Part shown: positions 8,720 to 16,276 of the stretch, piece after piece | How positions within the stretch are numbered: position 1 is the stretch's first letter | How the letters are laid out: each line of letters starts with the position of its first letter | Position numbers and translations under genes: made by a program | Source of the DNA: an uncultured virus (IMG/VR IMGVR_UViG_2663763407_000004) | Lineage: Duplodnaviria > Heunggongvirae > Uroviricota > Caudoviricetes | IMG/VR virus record: IMGVR_UViG_2663763407_000004 | Location: 45,908-65,907 of that record | Length of the DNA: 20,000 nucleotides | Strand: one strand, 5' to 3' | The notes under the pieces: model-generated | Seen by the model: the letters and a program-made list of their open reading frames with translations, nothing else | Told to the model about the DNA's origin: nothing | Databases searched by the model: none

Positions 8720-9406
8720 ATGACAAGCACTCTGGCTGAAAGGGTTAGCGAACGTAGAGCGGCTTTGAATCTTAGTCAGGAAGAATTAGCCAGGAAAGCC
8801 GGTGTATCGAGGGTTGCCATAAGCAAAGCTGAGCTGGGGCTGACCAAAAATTTTAATGGTGATACGCTGTTTAATATTGCCCGTGCTCTTTTATGCAATC
8901 CAGAATGGCTTCAGACGGGAAAGGGAAATCCTGAATTACAATCCACATCCAGCGCTAATTGGGATGCGAATGTGAAAGAGAATAAAGACTCGCATCCTGT
9001 ACAATCCTATGAGTACCCAAAAATCAGTTGGGTTAGCGCGGGGAATTGGTCTGAAGCTATTGAGCCATACAGCCTCAACGAAATAGATGATTGGGTCACT
9101 ACCACCAAATATGCGGGCCAAAACGCTTTTTGGCTTGATGTTAAAGGAGACTCCATGACCTCCCCGGTGGGGCTAACCATTCCAGAAGGTATGTCAGTAT
9201 TAGTGAATCCTGATATCGAACCCACTTCGGGTAAATTGGTGATTGCTAAATTAACTGATGATAATGAGGCTACATTCAAACGTTATATTGAAGATGCTGG
9301 CAATAAATATCTCAAACCGCTTAACCCTCAGTATCCAATGATAAAAATCAATGGTAACTGTCGTATTATTGGGGTTGTCGTTGAAGCCAAATGGGAAAAT
9401 TTATAG
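8720..9406 (+). CDS. cI: CI repressor (HTH_3 plus S24 autopeptidase)
   Basis: LSQEELARKAGVSRVAISKAE HTH, VSAG cleavage site, GDSM serine, ATFKR lysine. SD GGAG before ATG 8720. Confidence 0.95.
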   Translation: MTSTLAERVSERRAALNLSQEELARKAGVSRVAISKAELGLTKNFNGDTLFNIARALLCNPEWLQTGKGNPELQSTSSANWDANVKENKDSHPVQSYEYPKISWVSAGNWSEAIEPYSLNEIDDWVTTTKYAGQNAFWLDVKGDSMTSPVGLTIPEGMSVLVNPDIEPTSGKLVIAKLTDDNEATFKRYIEDAGNKYLKPLNPQYPMIKINGNCRIIGVVVEAKWENL

Positions 9407-9416
9407 GGAGATAGCA

Positions 9417-10031
9417 ATGTATTGTATGAAATGCGGCGCATCAGTTGAGCCCCATAGCAAGTATTGTTCATCATGCGGAACTCAAGTTAGTCAACCAAGC
9501 CAAATAAATCCCTCAAATACCTGGCTGAGTGATTCGCCTAAAAGGCAGCAAACCATTATTGATCCAAAACCTGCCGCAACAACAGAAAATAGCCTCATAG
9601 GTTTTATCAAAAAATGGGGCACGAGAGCTATTATTCTCATTGTTGCTACTATCTTTGCTGTCCTCGCTAAAGATTTAGGGCGCACACTAACAGATAAATC
9701 AGATAATGCTTCAATTTGGGAAAAAGCCGTACCAGCATTTGCTGAAGAAAAAATCAAAATTGGCATCCCTAAGCGTTTAGATGACAACACCCTTTTAACT
9801 GATATGTTTGTCAAAGAAAAAAGCATTAATTATATATATAAAATAAATGATATGAGTCCTGATGACGAAACGGTTATTCACGCTAAAGCCGTTGCGAAAG
9901 AAAGTTTTACTCATGCACTTTGCGACAACATTCTCATCGATAAATATCAAGGCTCAGTTAACTATATTTACCAATTCCCCACAAAGACATTGACCGCCAC
10001 CTTTAATAAATCAGACTGCCCACCTCGTTAA
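9417..10031 (+). CDS. Zinc-ribbon, single-TM membrane protein co-oriented with cI
   Basis: MYCMKCG...YCSSCG, TM segment AIILIVATIFAVLA, SD GGGAG. Confidence 0.75.
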   Translation: MYCMKCGASVEPHSKYCSSCGTQVSQPSQINPSNTWLSDSPKRQQTIIDPKPAATTENSLIGFIKKWGTRAIILIVATIFAVLAKDLGRTLTDKSDNASIWEKAVPAFAEEKIKIGIPKRLDDNTLLTDMFVKEKSINYIYKINDMSPDDETVIHAKAVAKESFTHALCDNILIDKYQGSVNYIYQFPTKTLTATFNKSDCPPR

Positions 10032-10083
10032 CTCCCCCATCTTTCAGAAAAACCACACTAAATGGTTTTTCACAACAGCACCC

Positions 10084-10135
10084 GAAACTAAAGTATCAAA
10101 TCTCACTTGACGCAATCCGAAACTATAGTTACATT
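10084..10135 (+). promoter_or_regulatory. PL promoter and OL operators
   Basis: TTGACG(10107)-17-TACATT(10130). Operators GAAACTAAAGTATC (10084) and GAAACTATAGTTAC (10119). Confidence 0.8.
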
Positions 10136-10174
10136 TGGATTCAAGAACAGAACCACCACCCGAAACAATGGGTA

Positions 10175-10187
10175 CGCTCTTTAACAA
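10175..10187 (+). promoter_or_regulatory. boxA of nutL
   Basis: CGCTCTTTAACAA consensus boxA just downstream of PL. Confidence 0.8.
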
Positions 10188-10341
10188 ATCGGTTAAGTGA
10201 CATCAAACGGTCCGCGTGTACCGGTCACGGCTCAGCTAAACCACGAATCACCCACAATTGAGAAAAAAATCATGAAGTGGACTTACCCTGCCTCTGTCAG
10301 TGTGAGGAAGTAGGTATAAGATCACTGATAACGGTGTTTAC

Positions 10342-10557
10342 ATGAATAAACCTAGCCTAGATATACAACTACAAATAAAGGAACTACTGGAAAAATATCC
10401 GAGCTTTACTTTCCAGCAACTCAATAACTGGCTGAATAAAGACGGTCTTATGCTGTCAATTCGCACTATTGAAGAAAATCAACAGTTAGCGGGCACTGAT
10501 ATAACGATGAGTAACTCGGTTCCCTGTGGGAAGAACCTCAAAAGCAATCTCCAATAA
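10342..10557 (+). CDS. Hypothetical protein
   Basis: First ORF after PL; weak SD. Confidence 0.4.
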   Translation: MNKPSLDIQLQIKELLEKYPSFTFQQLNNWLNKDGLMLSIRTIEENQQLAGTDITMSNSVPCGKNLKSNLQ

Positions 10558-10764
10558 TGGTTCTTCTGGAGTAGTGTTTGCCAGCGATGCATAAAATGCT
10601 CTTCTCTCTAGTGGCATATTTCTTACTAGTTTTTCTGCATGCGTACTGATTTCAAATACCCCGCACTCGACACATTTATAAGCTTTGTAGTTAGAAGAAT
10701 CGGTGAACACATAGCTTCCAGCGCTATCACATAGCGGGCAAGTAGATTCAAATCTTTCTTTCAT
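10486..10764 (-). CDS. Zinc-ribbon hypothetical protein antisense to the PL operon (92 aa)
   Basis: SD AAGGA before ATG 10764; CPLC...CVECGVFEIS. Confidence 0.65.
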   Translation of the reverse strand: MKERFESTCPLCDSAGSYVFTDSSNYKAYKCVECGVFEISTHAEKLVRNMPLERRAFYASLANTTPEEPLLEIAFEVLPTGNRVTHRYISAR

Positions 10765-10855
10765 ACAGATATCCTTACTTGTTGTGGTGACAGCAAGGAT
10801 AGCACGCGCCGGGCGTGGATAAATATCCCGGCAAAAGCCAACTGAGGACTGACCA

Positions 10856-11101
10856 ATGGCCACAACATCTCGTCAAAAGCGTATGGCAAAAAAACGCAAT
10901 GCCCATATCCAGGCACTGGCAAAGCGTGAAAGTAACCGAGTTGAAAAAGCAGTATTAGTTTTGGTGCGGTGTAAACCGATGCCAGATATGCCAGCAGTAC
11001 CCAGCAAGCCCAGAACTTCAGCAGATCCAGAGAAACGGATTGCAGCAGTTGCCCGCCAAAAGATGCGTGGTTGCAGTAAGTTACCTCGCGGCGTGCGTTA
11101 A
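10856..11101 (+). CDS. Early antitermination protein N-like
   Basis: Basic N-terminus. RVEKA and RQKMRGCSKLP resemble lambda N RVESA and RQKIKGKSIP. Lies between boxA and a strong terminator. Confidence 0.7.
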   Translation: MATTSRQKRMAKKRNAHIQALAKRESNRVEKAVLVLVRCKPMPDMPAVPSKPRTSADPEKRIAAVARQKMRGCSKLPRGVR

Positions 11102-11135
11102 GCATTAATTAGCAGTAAAGCAAAATAAACCATCG

Positions 11136-11167
11136 GAGCTACAGCTTAGGCTGTGGCTCTTTTTTTT
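11136..11167 (+). terminator. Rho-independent terminator (tL1-like)
   Basis: GAGCTACAGC-TTAG-GCTGTGGCTC followed by T8. Confidence 0.85.
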
Positions 11168-11184
11168 ACCTAAAAGGAACCAAT

Positions 11185-11454
11185 ATGAGCAATTTACCAG
11201 CAATTAGTATGAAGCAGATTGAATCTTCCCAGATCCACAGCATCGGCCATGACCCAGTTAGCAACACTCTGGCGATTCGTTTTAAGTCGAAGGGTGAACC
11301 GGCAGCCCTGTATCACTACCAGAATGTGTCCGCTGATGATTACGCGGCATTCTCCGGTGCTGAATCAATTGGCTCCCACTTCTACCGCAATATCAAGCCA
11401 GATACTGATCGTTATCCATTCCAACGCATTAATGAAAAGAAAGACGGCGAATAA
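11185..11454 (+). CDS. KTSC domain protein
   Basis: IESSQIHSIGHD...LAIRF...YHYQNV...AESIGSHFYRNIK. Confidence 0.88.
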   Translation: MSNLPAISMKQIESSQIHSIGHDPVSNTLAIRFKSKGEPAALYHYQNVSADDYAAFSGAESIGSHFYRNIKPDTDRYPFQRINEKKDGE

Positions 11455-11517
11455 GTGGCTTAACCGCTGCCTCTGTTCGCAGGGGCTTCGGCAACACTCC
11501 TTACCGTGAGGTGCATC

Positions 11518-11844
11518 GTGAATGAATACAACTATCAGCGAATGGTTGAGCAATCGCTGGAACAGTATGACCGCCTATTAATTTCGGATCCTGATGAGCA
11601 AGAGGAATTAGGCAAGCGGATTGAGTTTTTACGCCGTCATTCAAAAATGCTCGGCGCTTTTAAAACCGCTGTCAAAAATGGCTGCTTTATTGCGGGTGCA
11701 AGTACCCATTACCTTGCAGCTCTTACCGAAACAACCGCTATGGAACTCTATCTGGATGAGGTGCAGGAGGAAATATTTCTCCGTGTTGCCAAAGCAGAAA
11801 GAGCCATGGAGTTAGATGCAACACAAAGCACCTTCATAGACTAG
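11518..11844 (+). CDS. Hypothetical phage protein, acidic and helical
   Basis: SD GAGG before GTG 11518; lies upstream of bet/exo. Confidence 0.65.
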   Translation: MNEYNYQRMVEQSLEQYDRLLISDPDEQEELGKRIEFLRRHSKMLGAFKTAVKNGCFIAGASTHYLAALTETTAMELYLDEVQEEIFLRVAKAERAMELDATQSTFID

Positions 11845-11862
11845 GAATAATAATCGCGATAA

Positions 11863-12513
11863 TTATTTGATAGCCTTTTCAATGAAAATTGCTCTGCAAT
11901 TAGCAAGGAATTCATTCTTTGTTGCTATTGGATCTGCTTTAATCTCAGCCCCCATTTCTGGGTTAGCCTTAGCCTGATTCAATATCGATCTTAAATAGTA
12001 ATAAGCCGATTTATTAAATTCAGCATCAGCAGATTTTCCTATTTTTTTATTGAAATCATCCCAAACGCTAACGCCTGCGGCGATAGCAAGCTCGTCTGAT
12101 TTTCCTTCACTGAAATAAGCTTTTAGTGTTTGAAAACCGGCAAGGCAGTTTGTATCTAATATCGTTAGAGTCTTATACCAAGATGCCTCTGATTCTTTGC
12201 CTTCACATCCAGTCAGACGATACTCACTTTTCTCATTCTTAGAAAGATCTGAACTCACGTAGATAGTTTTGTGTTGAGTATAAACAAAGGGAATGAAATC
12301 AGCCTCTTGACTATTTTCCCCTGTAATACGGACCTCACCACAAACAAACGTTTCGCCGGTAGAGTTGGTTACTTCAGTGATTGACCGATATTCCACTGTT
12401 TTCGGGTTCTGCATGCCTTCACGCATCACCTTTTCCATGGCTGGAATATCTACAGCAAATGCTGATGGAATACTAAGAATTGATGCTAATAAAACTACAA
12501 GTTGTCTTTTCAT
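11863..12513 (-). CDS. Exported protein, AT-rich moron antisense to PL
   Basis: Signal peptide MKRQLVVLLASILSIPSAFA; VCGEV motif; SD AAGG. Confidence 0.75.
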   Translation of the reverse strand: MKRQLVVLLASILSIPSAFAVDIPAMEKVMREGMQNPKTVEYRSITEVTNSTGETFVCGEVRITGENSQEADFIPFVYTQHKTIYVSSDLSKNEKSEYRLTGCEGKESEASWYKTLTILDTNCLAGFQTLKAYFSEGKSDELAIAAGVSVWDDFNKKIGKSADAEFNKSAYYYLRSILNQAKANPEMGAEIKADPIATKNEFLANCRAIFIEKAIK

Positions 12514-12681
12514 ACCTTTTCTTACTTATCCATATCCTAAAAGAGAAAAGCCCCAGCGATTAAGCCGGGGCTATCCCAGGAGTGCGGGACCAACCGCAAA
12601 CCTACTGAGGACTGAACAATAACCACGAGGATTATTATCAGCGTGGTTGAGTGACCAAACCCAACCATGGGAAAGCATACC

Positions 12682-12831
12682 ATGACTATTGAATTCATCA
12701 AGAAACTCCAATACCGCCACCGCGTTACCGGCGACGACTTCAACCTGCATCCCCGCCAATCTGGCCTGAAATTCTTCTTCGCCTGTGTTTTAGGCGCATT
12801 CATGTTTCTGGCTATCGCTGTCAAAATCTGA
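12682..12831 (+). CDS. Small membrane protein, 49 aa (not in ORF track)
   Basis: MTIEFIKKLQYRHRVTGDDFNLHPRQSGLKFFFACVLGAFMFLAIAVKI. Its stop abuts the bet SD; alternative in-frame ATG at 12667. Confidence 0.6.
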   Translation: MTIEFIKKLQYRHRVTGDDFNLHPRQSGLKFFFACVLGAFMFLAIAVKI

Positions 12832-12841
12832 GGGCTGACCA

Positions 12842-14641
12842 ATGACCACCCAAGCAGTAACAACCAGTAATCTCCCGCCCGCCGTGGTTGGGTTGAATAT
12901 TGACGAACCAACGTGGAACGCGCTGAAAAACAGTATTTACCCTGGCGCTAAAGATGATTCAGTCATCATGGCGGTGAGTTATTGCCGCGCCCGCCAGTTA
13001 GATCCACTGATGAAACCCGTTCATTTAGTTCCTATGAGCGTGAAAGATGCGGTAAGTGGTAAATATGAAATGCGTGATGTGGTGATGCCCGGTGTTGGGC
13101 TCTATCGCATACAGGCAGACCGCTCTGGTAACTATGCCGGTGCACAGGAACCCGAATTTGGCCCTGACCTCACACAAGTTTTTAACGGAGTAGAAATTAC
13201 TTTCCCTCAGTGGTGCAAATACACCCTGAGCAAACTCATGCCTAACGGCACTATCGTGGAGTTCAGTGCGAAGGAATATTGGCTGGAGAACTATGCCACC
13301 GCGGGCCGCGATACTCAGGCACCCAATGCCATGTGGAAAAAACGGCCCTATGGGCAACTCGCCAAATGCTTTGATGATGAAACTGAAATACTCACTGATG
13401 AAGGGTTTCAGCTATTTTCTAAAGTAACAGGGAAAATATTACAAGTAACAACTAATGGTTTGGAATCATCCTCTGCAATTCCATTTGTGCAGCCTTATAG
13501 CGGCTCAATGGTAACAGCGAATGGTAGTCGCTTGAATTTTAGCGTAACACCAAATCACGATATGTTAACGAACAACGGAAAAGTAGAGGCAGCAACACTA
13601 TACCAAAAAGCTACGACAGATAGTTCTAAGTGGGCAATTCCGAGATCTGTTGTTTCAAATCGTCCTGATTCGAATATTAGTGATCAACTTTTATACTTGG
13701 TTGGGTACCTATTAGCCGATGGCTACCACTCTGGATACCATCAAATCAGGGTTTCCGTATCTAGGCTCTATAAAATAGAAGCTTTATTTTCTTTGGGATT
13801 GCATAGCAAAGTATCAGTAAAAAAAGACGCTGGCAGAGAGGCTGTGACCGGCAAAAGAATCATTAAAACCATCAGGGATAAGAAGAGTTTTACGTATGAT
13901 TTTAGCTTAGTGTCAAAATATATGACGGCCGATAAGCGTGTTCATCCTGAATGGATTTTATCATTATCATCTCGGCAGGCAAAAATTGTTGTTGATTCCC
14001 TTTTAGAATTTGATGGATCTCACAATGGCTCTGTACGCCGCTTACATCAACGAAATACCAATGTCATATCTGCATTTGAGTTATTAGCCATTCAAGCTGG
14101 TTATTCAATAAGTAGCCCTTCCGTACAAAAAAGCGATATTGGCTCGTGCTCATTATTCACCCTTTCTGAAACAACCACTTCACCAGTAGTGAAAGGCCTC
14201 AGTAAAAACTCATCATCATTAGTAATAACTCAAAACACCTCCGGCAAAGTATGGTGCGTAACAGTACCATCAGGTGTCATTGTTGTGCGTCGCCACGGGT
14301 TATCTATGCTCTGCGGTAATTGCGCCGAAGCCCAGGCATTGCGTAAAGGGTGGCCGGAAATTGGTCAGCAGCCAACAGCAGAAGAAATGGAAGGTAAAAG
14401 TCTTGATGTGAATGAAGGTAAAGAACACAGCCAAGGCAGCCAGCAACCAAGCCAGCCGCAGGCACTACCAGAATATAGCGCGGAACAATTTCAACGCGCA
14501 CTTGCTGACTGGACAACGCTGATCAACAAGGGCAAGAAAACTGCCGCGCAAATCATCAACACCATCGAAAGTAAATACACCCTCACCTCGGCACAAATCA
14601 AAACTATCGAATATCTGGAGGCAGAAGATGCAAATCATTAA
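12842..14641 (+). CDS. bet: Bet/RecT single-strand annealing recombinase, intein-containing
   Basis: YCRARQLDPLMKPVHLVP, GLYRIQADRSG, and MWKKRPYGQLAK|CAEAQALRKGWP rejoined across the insertion; upstream of an exonuclease. Confidence 0.92.
   Translation: MTTQAVTTSNLPPAVVGLNIDEPTWNALKNSIYPGAKDDSVIMAVSYCRARQLDPLMKPVHLVPMSVKDAVSGKYEMRDVVMPGVGLYRIQADRSGNYAGAQEPEFGPDLTQVFNGVEITFPQWCKYTLSKLMPNGTIVEFSAKEYWLENYATAGRDTQAPNAMWKKRPYGQLAKCFDDETEILTDEGFQLFSKVTGKILQVTTNGLESSSAIPFVQPYSGSMVTANGSRLNFSVTPNHDMLTNNGKVEAATLYQKATTDSSKWAIPRSVVSNRPDSNISDQLLYLVGYLLADGYHSGYHQIRVSVSRLYKIEALFSLGLHSKVSVKKDAGREAVTGKRIIKTIRDKKSFTYDFSLVSKYMTADKRVHPEWILSLSSRQAKIVVDSLLEFDGSHNGSVRRLHQRNTNVISAFELLAIQAGYSISSPSVQKSDIGSCSLFTLSETTTSPVVKGLSKNSSSLVITQNTSGKVWCVTVPSGVIVVRRHGLSMLCGNCAEAQALRKGWPEIGQQPTAEEMEGKSLDVNEGKEHSQGSQQPSQPQALPEYSAEQFQRALADWTTLINKGKKTAAQIINTIESKYTLTSAQIKTIEYLEAEDANH
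13367..14320 (+). mobile_element. Intein with LAGLIDADG homing endonuclease (318 aa)
   Basis: Block A CFDDETEILTDEG, block B VTPNHDM, LAGLIDADG helices LVGYLLADG and VDSLLEFDG, block F VWCVTVPSG, end LCGN|C. More AT-rich than the exteins. Confidence 0.93.
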
Positions 14642-16232
14642 TGTCCAGCAAGGCACGCCAGAATGGCACGCCTTACGCAGTCGCCATTTCACTGCCAGCG
14701 AAGCCCCGGTAATGATGGCAGCCTCCAGTAAAATGCGCCGCGATGAATTGCTGAACATGAAGGCCACCGGCTCGGAACGGGAAATCAGCGATTGGGTACA
14801 AACCAACTTGTTCGATAAAGGCCACGCGCAAGAAGCCACCGCGCGGGTCATCGTAGAATCTATGATCGGTACCGAATTATTCCCTGCAACCGCCATCGAT
14901 GATGATGGCTATTTGTTGGCTTCCTTTGATGGCATGACCATGATGGAAGATGTGTTGTTTGAACACAAAATGTGGAATGCCACACTGGCGCTGGCGGTGA
15001 AAAATAAAGACTTGCCGCCAGAGTATTACTGGCAGTTAGAACAGCAACTTTTAGTGAGTGAGTCCGAAAAGGTCATTTTTGTGGTATCAGATGGCACTGA
15101 GGATAACTTTGTGTGGATGGAGTATTTACCGGTACCTGGTCGCCGTGAAGCTTTGATGGCGGGTTGGCAGCAATTTGAACAGGATTTGAACGGTTACACA
15201 GCCCCTGAGATAAAAGACATACCGCAAGGTAAAGCCTTAATGCGCCTCCCTGCCCTATTGGTGGAGATAGAGGGCGCGGTAAAAGAATCAAACCTGACTG
15301 TTTACCAGAATCAAGCGTTGGCTTTTATTCAATCCATCAACACTAATCTGGTGACCGATCAGGACTTCGCTGACGCAGAAGAAACCGTTAAGTTCTGTGA
15401 AAAAGCAGAGAAAGAGCTGGATCTGATTAAACAACAGGCACTGTCTAAGACTGAGCAGATTGATCTACTTTTCCGCACCATTGATACCTTGCGCAATGAA
15501 ATGCGAAACAAACGGCTAGACCTGTCAAAACTCGTTAAGTTGCGCAAAGAAGCTATTCGCCTTGAAATACTGAATAAGGTAAAAGCCGCTCTTGCTGAGC
15601 ACATTGCCAGTATCAATAAACAGTTGGCTATTGTCACTCTACCTACTATCCCGGCTGATTTTGCCACTGCTATCAAAGGCAAGAAAACCCTCACCTCTTT
15701 GAAGAGTGCAGCCAACGATGAACTGGCACGCGCCAAGATAGCTGCTAACCAATTAGGTGAGAAATATCAGTCCAACTTAGTGCTATTTGCTGATATTGAA
15801 CCGGCTTATAAAAATCTGTTCGCTGACATCAACCAGATAATTGCCCTTGAGCACGAACATCTGGCGCTGATGATTGATCAACGCATTACCAGGCAAAAAC
15901 AGATTGAGGAACAGCACAGACAGCAGGAAGCATTGCGGCTTGATGAATTGAAAAAACAACAACAGGCAGTGCCAGTGTCCACTACAGAAACAGTCACCGC
16001 AAGTACGGATGCAACAGTCCATCAGTCGTTACACCCTGCGGGATCGGTTAACTTCCCTAAACAACTGGGCGGATCGGTAAATACGCCACTAACAGACAAG
16101 CCAGCTAATTGGATTGCCCAAATTGATGCTGATTTAGTGGCGGCAGGAATTGAGCTTACTACTGAAACAGTTAACCGCCTGTACAACGCGGTAAAAGCTG
16201 GCCGGATCCGCTATTTCTCTATCACGCAGTAA
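14628..16232 (+). CDS. YqaJ/lambda-exonuclease family protein with long helical C-terminus
   Basis: QGTPEWHALR..FTASEAP..GHAQE..ASFDG..EHK..YYWQLEQQ. Confidence 0.9.
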   Translation: MQIINVQQGTPEWHALRSRHFTASEAPVMMAASSKMRRDELLNMKATGSEREISDWVQTNLFDKGHAQEATARVIVESMIGTELFPATAIDDDGYLLASFDGMTMMEDVLFEHKMWNATLALAVKNKDLPPEYYWQLEQQLLVSESEKVIFVVSDGTEDNFVWMEYLPVPGRREALMAGWQQFEQDLNGYTAPEIKDIPQGKALMRLPALLVEIEGAVKESNLTVYQNQALAFIQSINTNLVTDQDFADAEETVKFCEKAEKELDLIKQQALSKTEQIDLLFRTIDTLRNEMRNKRLDLSKLVKLRKEAIRLEILNKVKAALAEHIASINKQLAIVTLPTIPADFATAIKGKKTLTSLKSAANDELARAKIAANQLGEKYQSNLVLFADIEPAYKNLFADINQIIALEHEHLALMIDQRITRQKQIEEQHRQQEALRLDELKKQQQAVPVSTTETVTASTDATVHQSLHPAGSVNFPKQLGGSVNTPLTDKPANWIAQIDADLVAAGIELTTETVNRLYNAVKAGRIRYFSITQ

Positions 16233-16276
16233 CCTTTCATAACCTGCCACGGCAGGCATTCCACAGGTAACCCATC

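Noticed and set aside
11518..11844. Calling this gene gam
   Set aside because: Position, size and the MNEY start are suggestive, but similarity by eye is too weak.
16038..16082. Short repeat GGATCGGT (GSVN twice) in the exonuclease tail
   Set aside because: Small duplication in a low-complexity linker.
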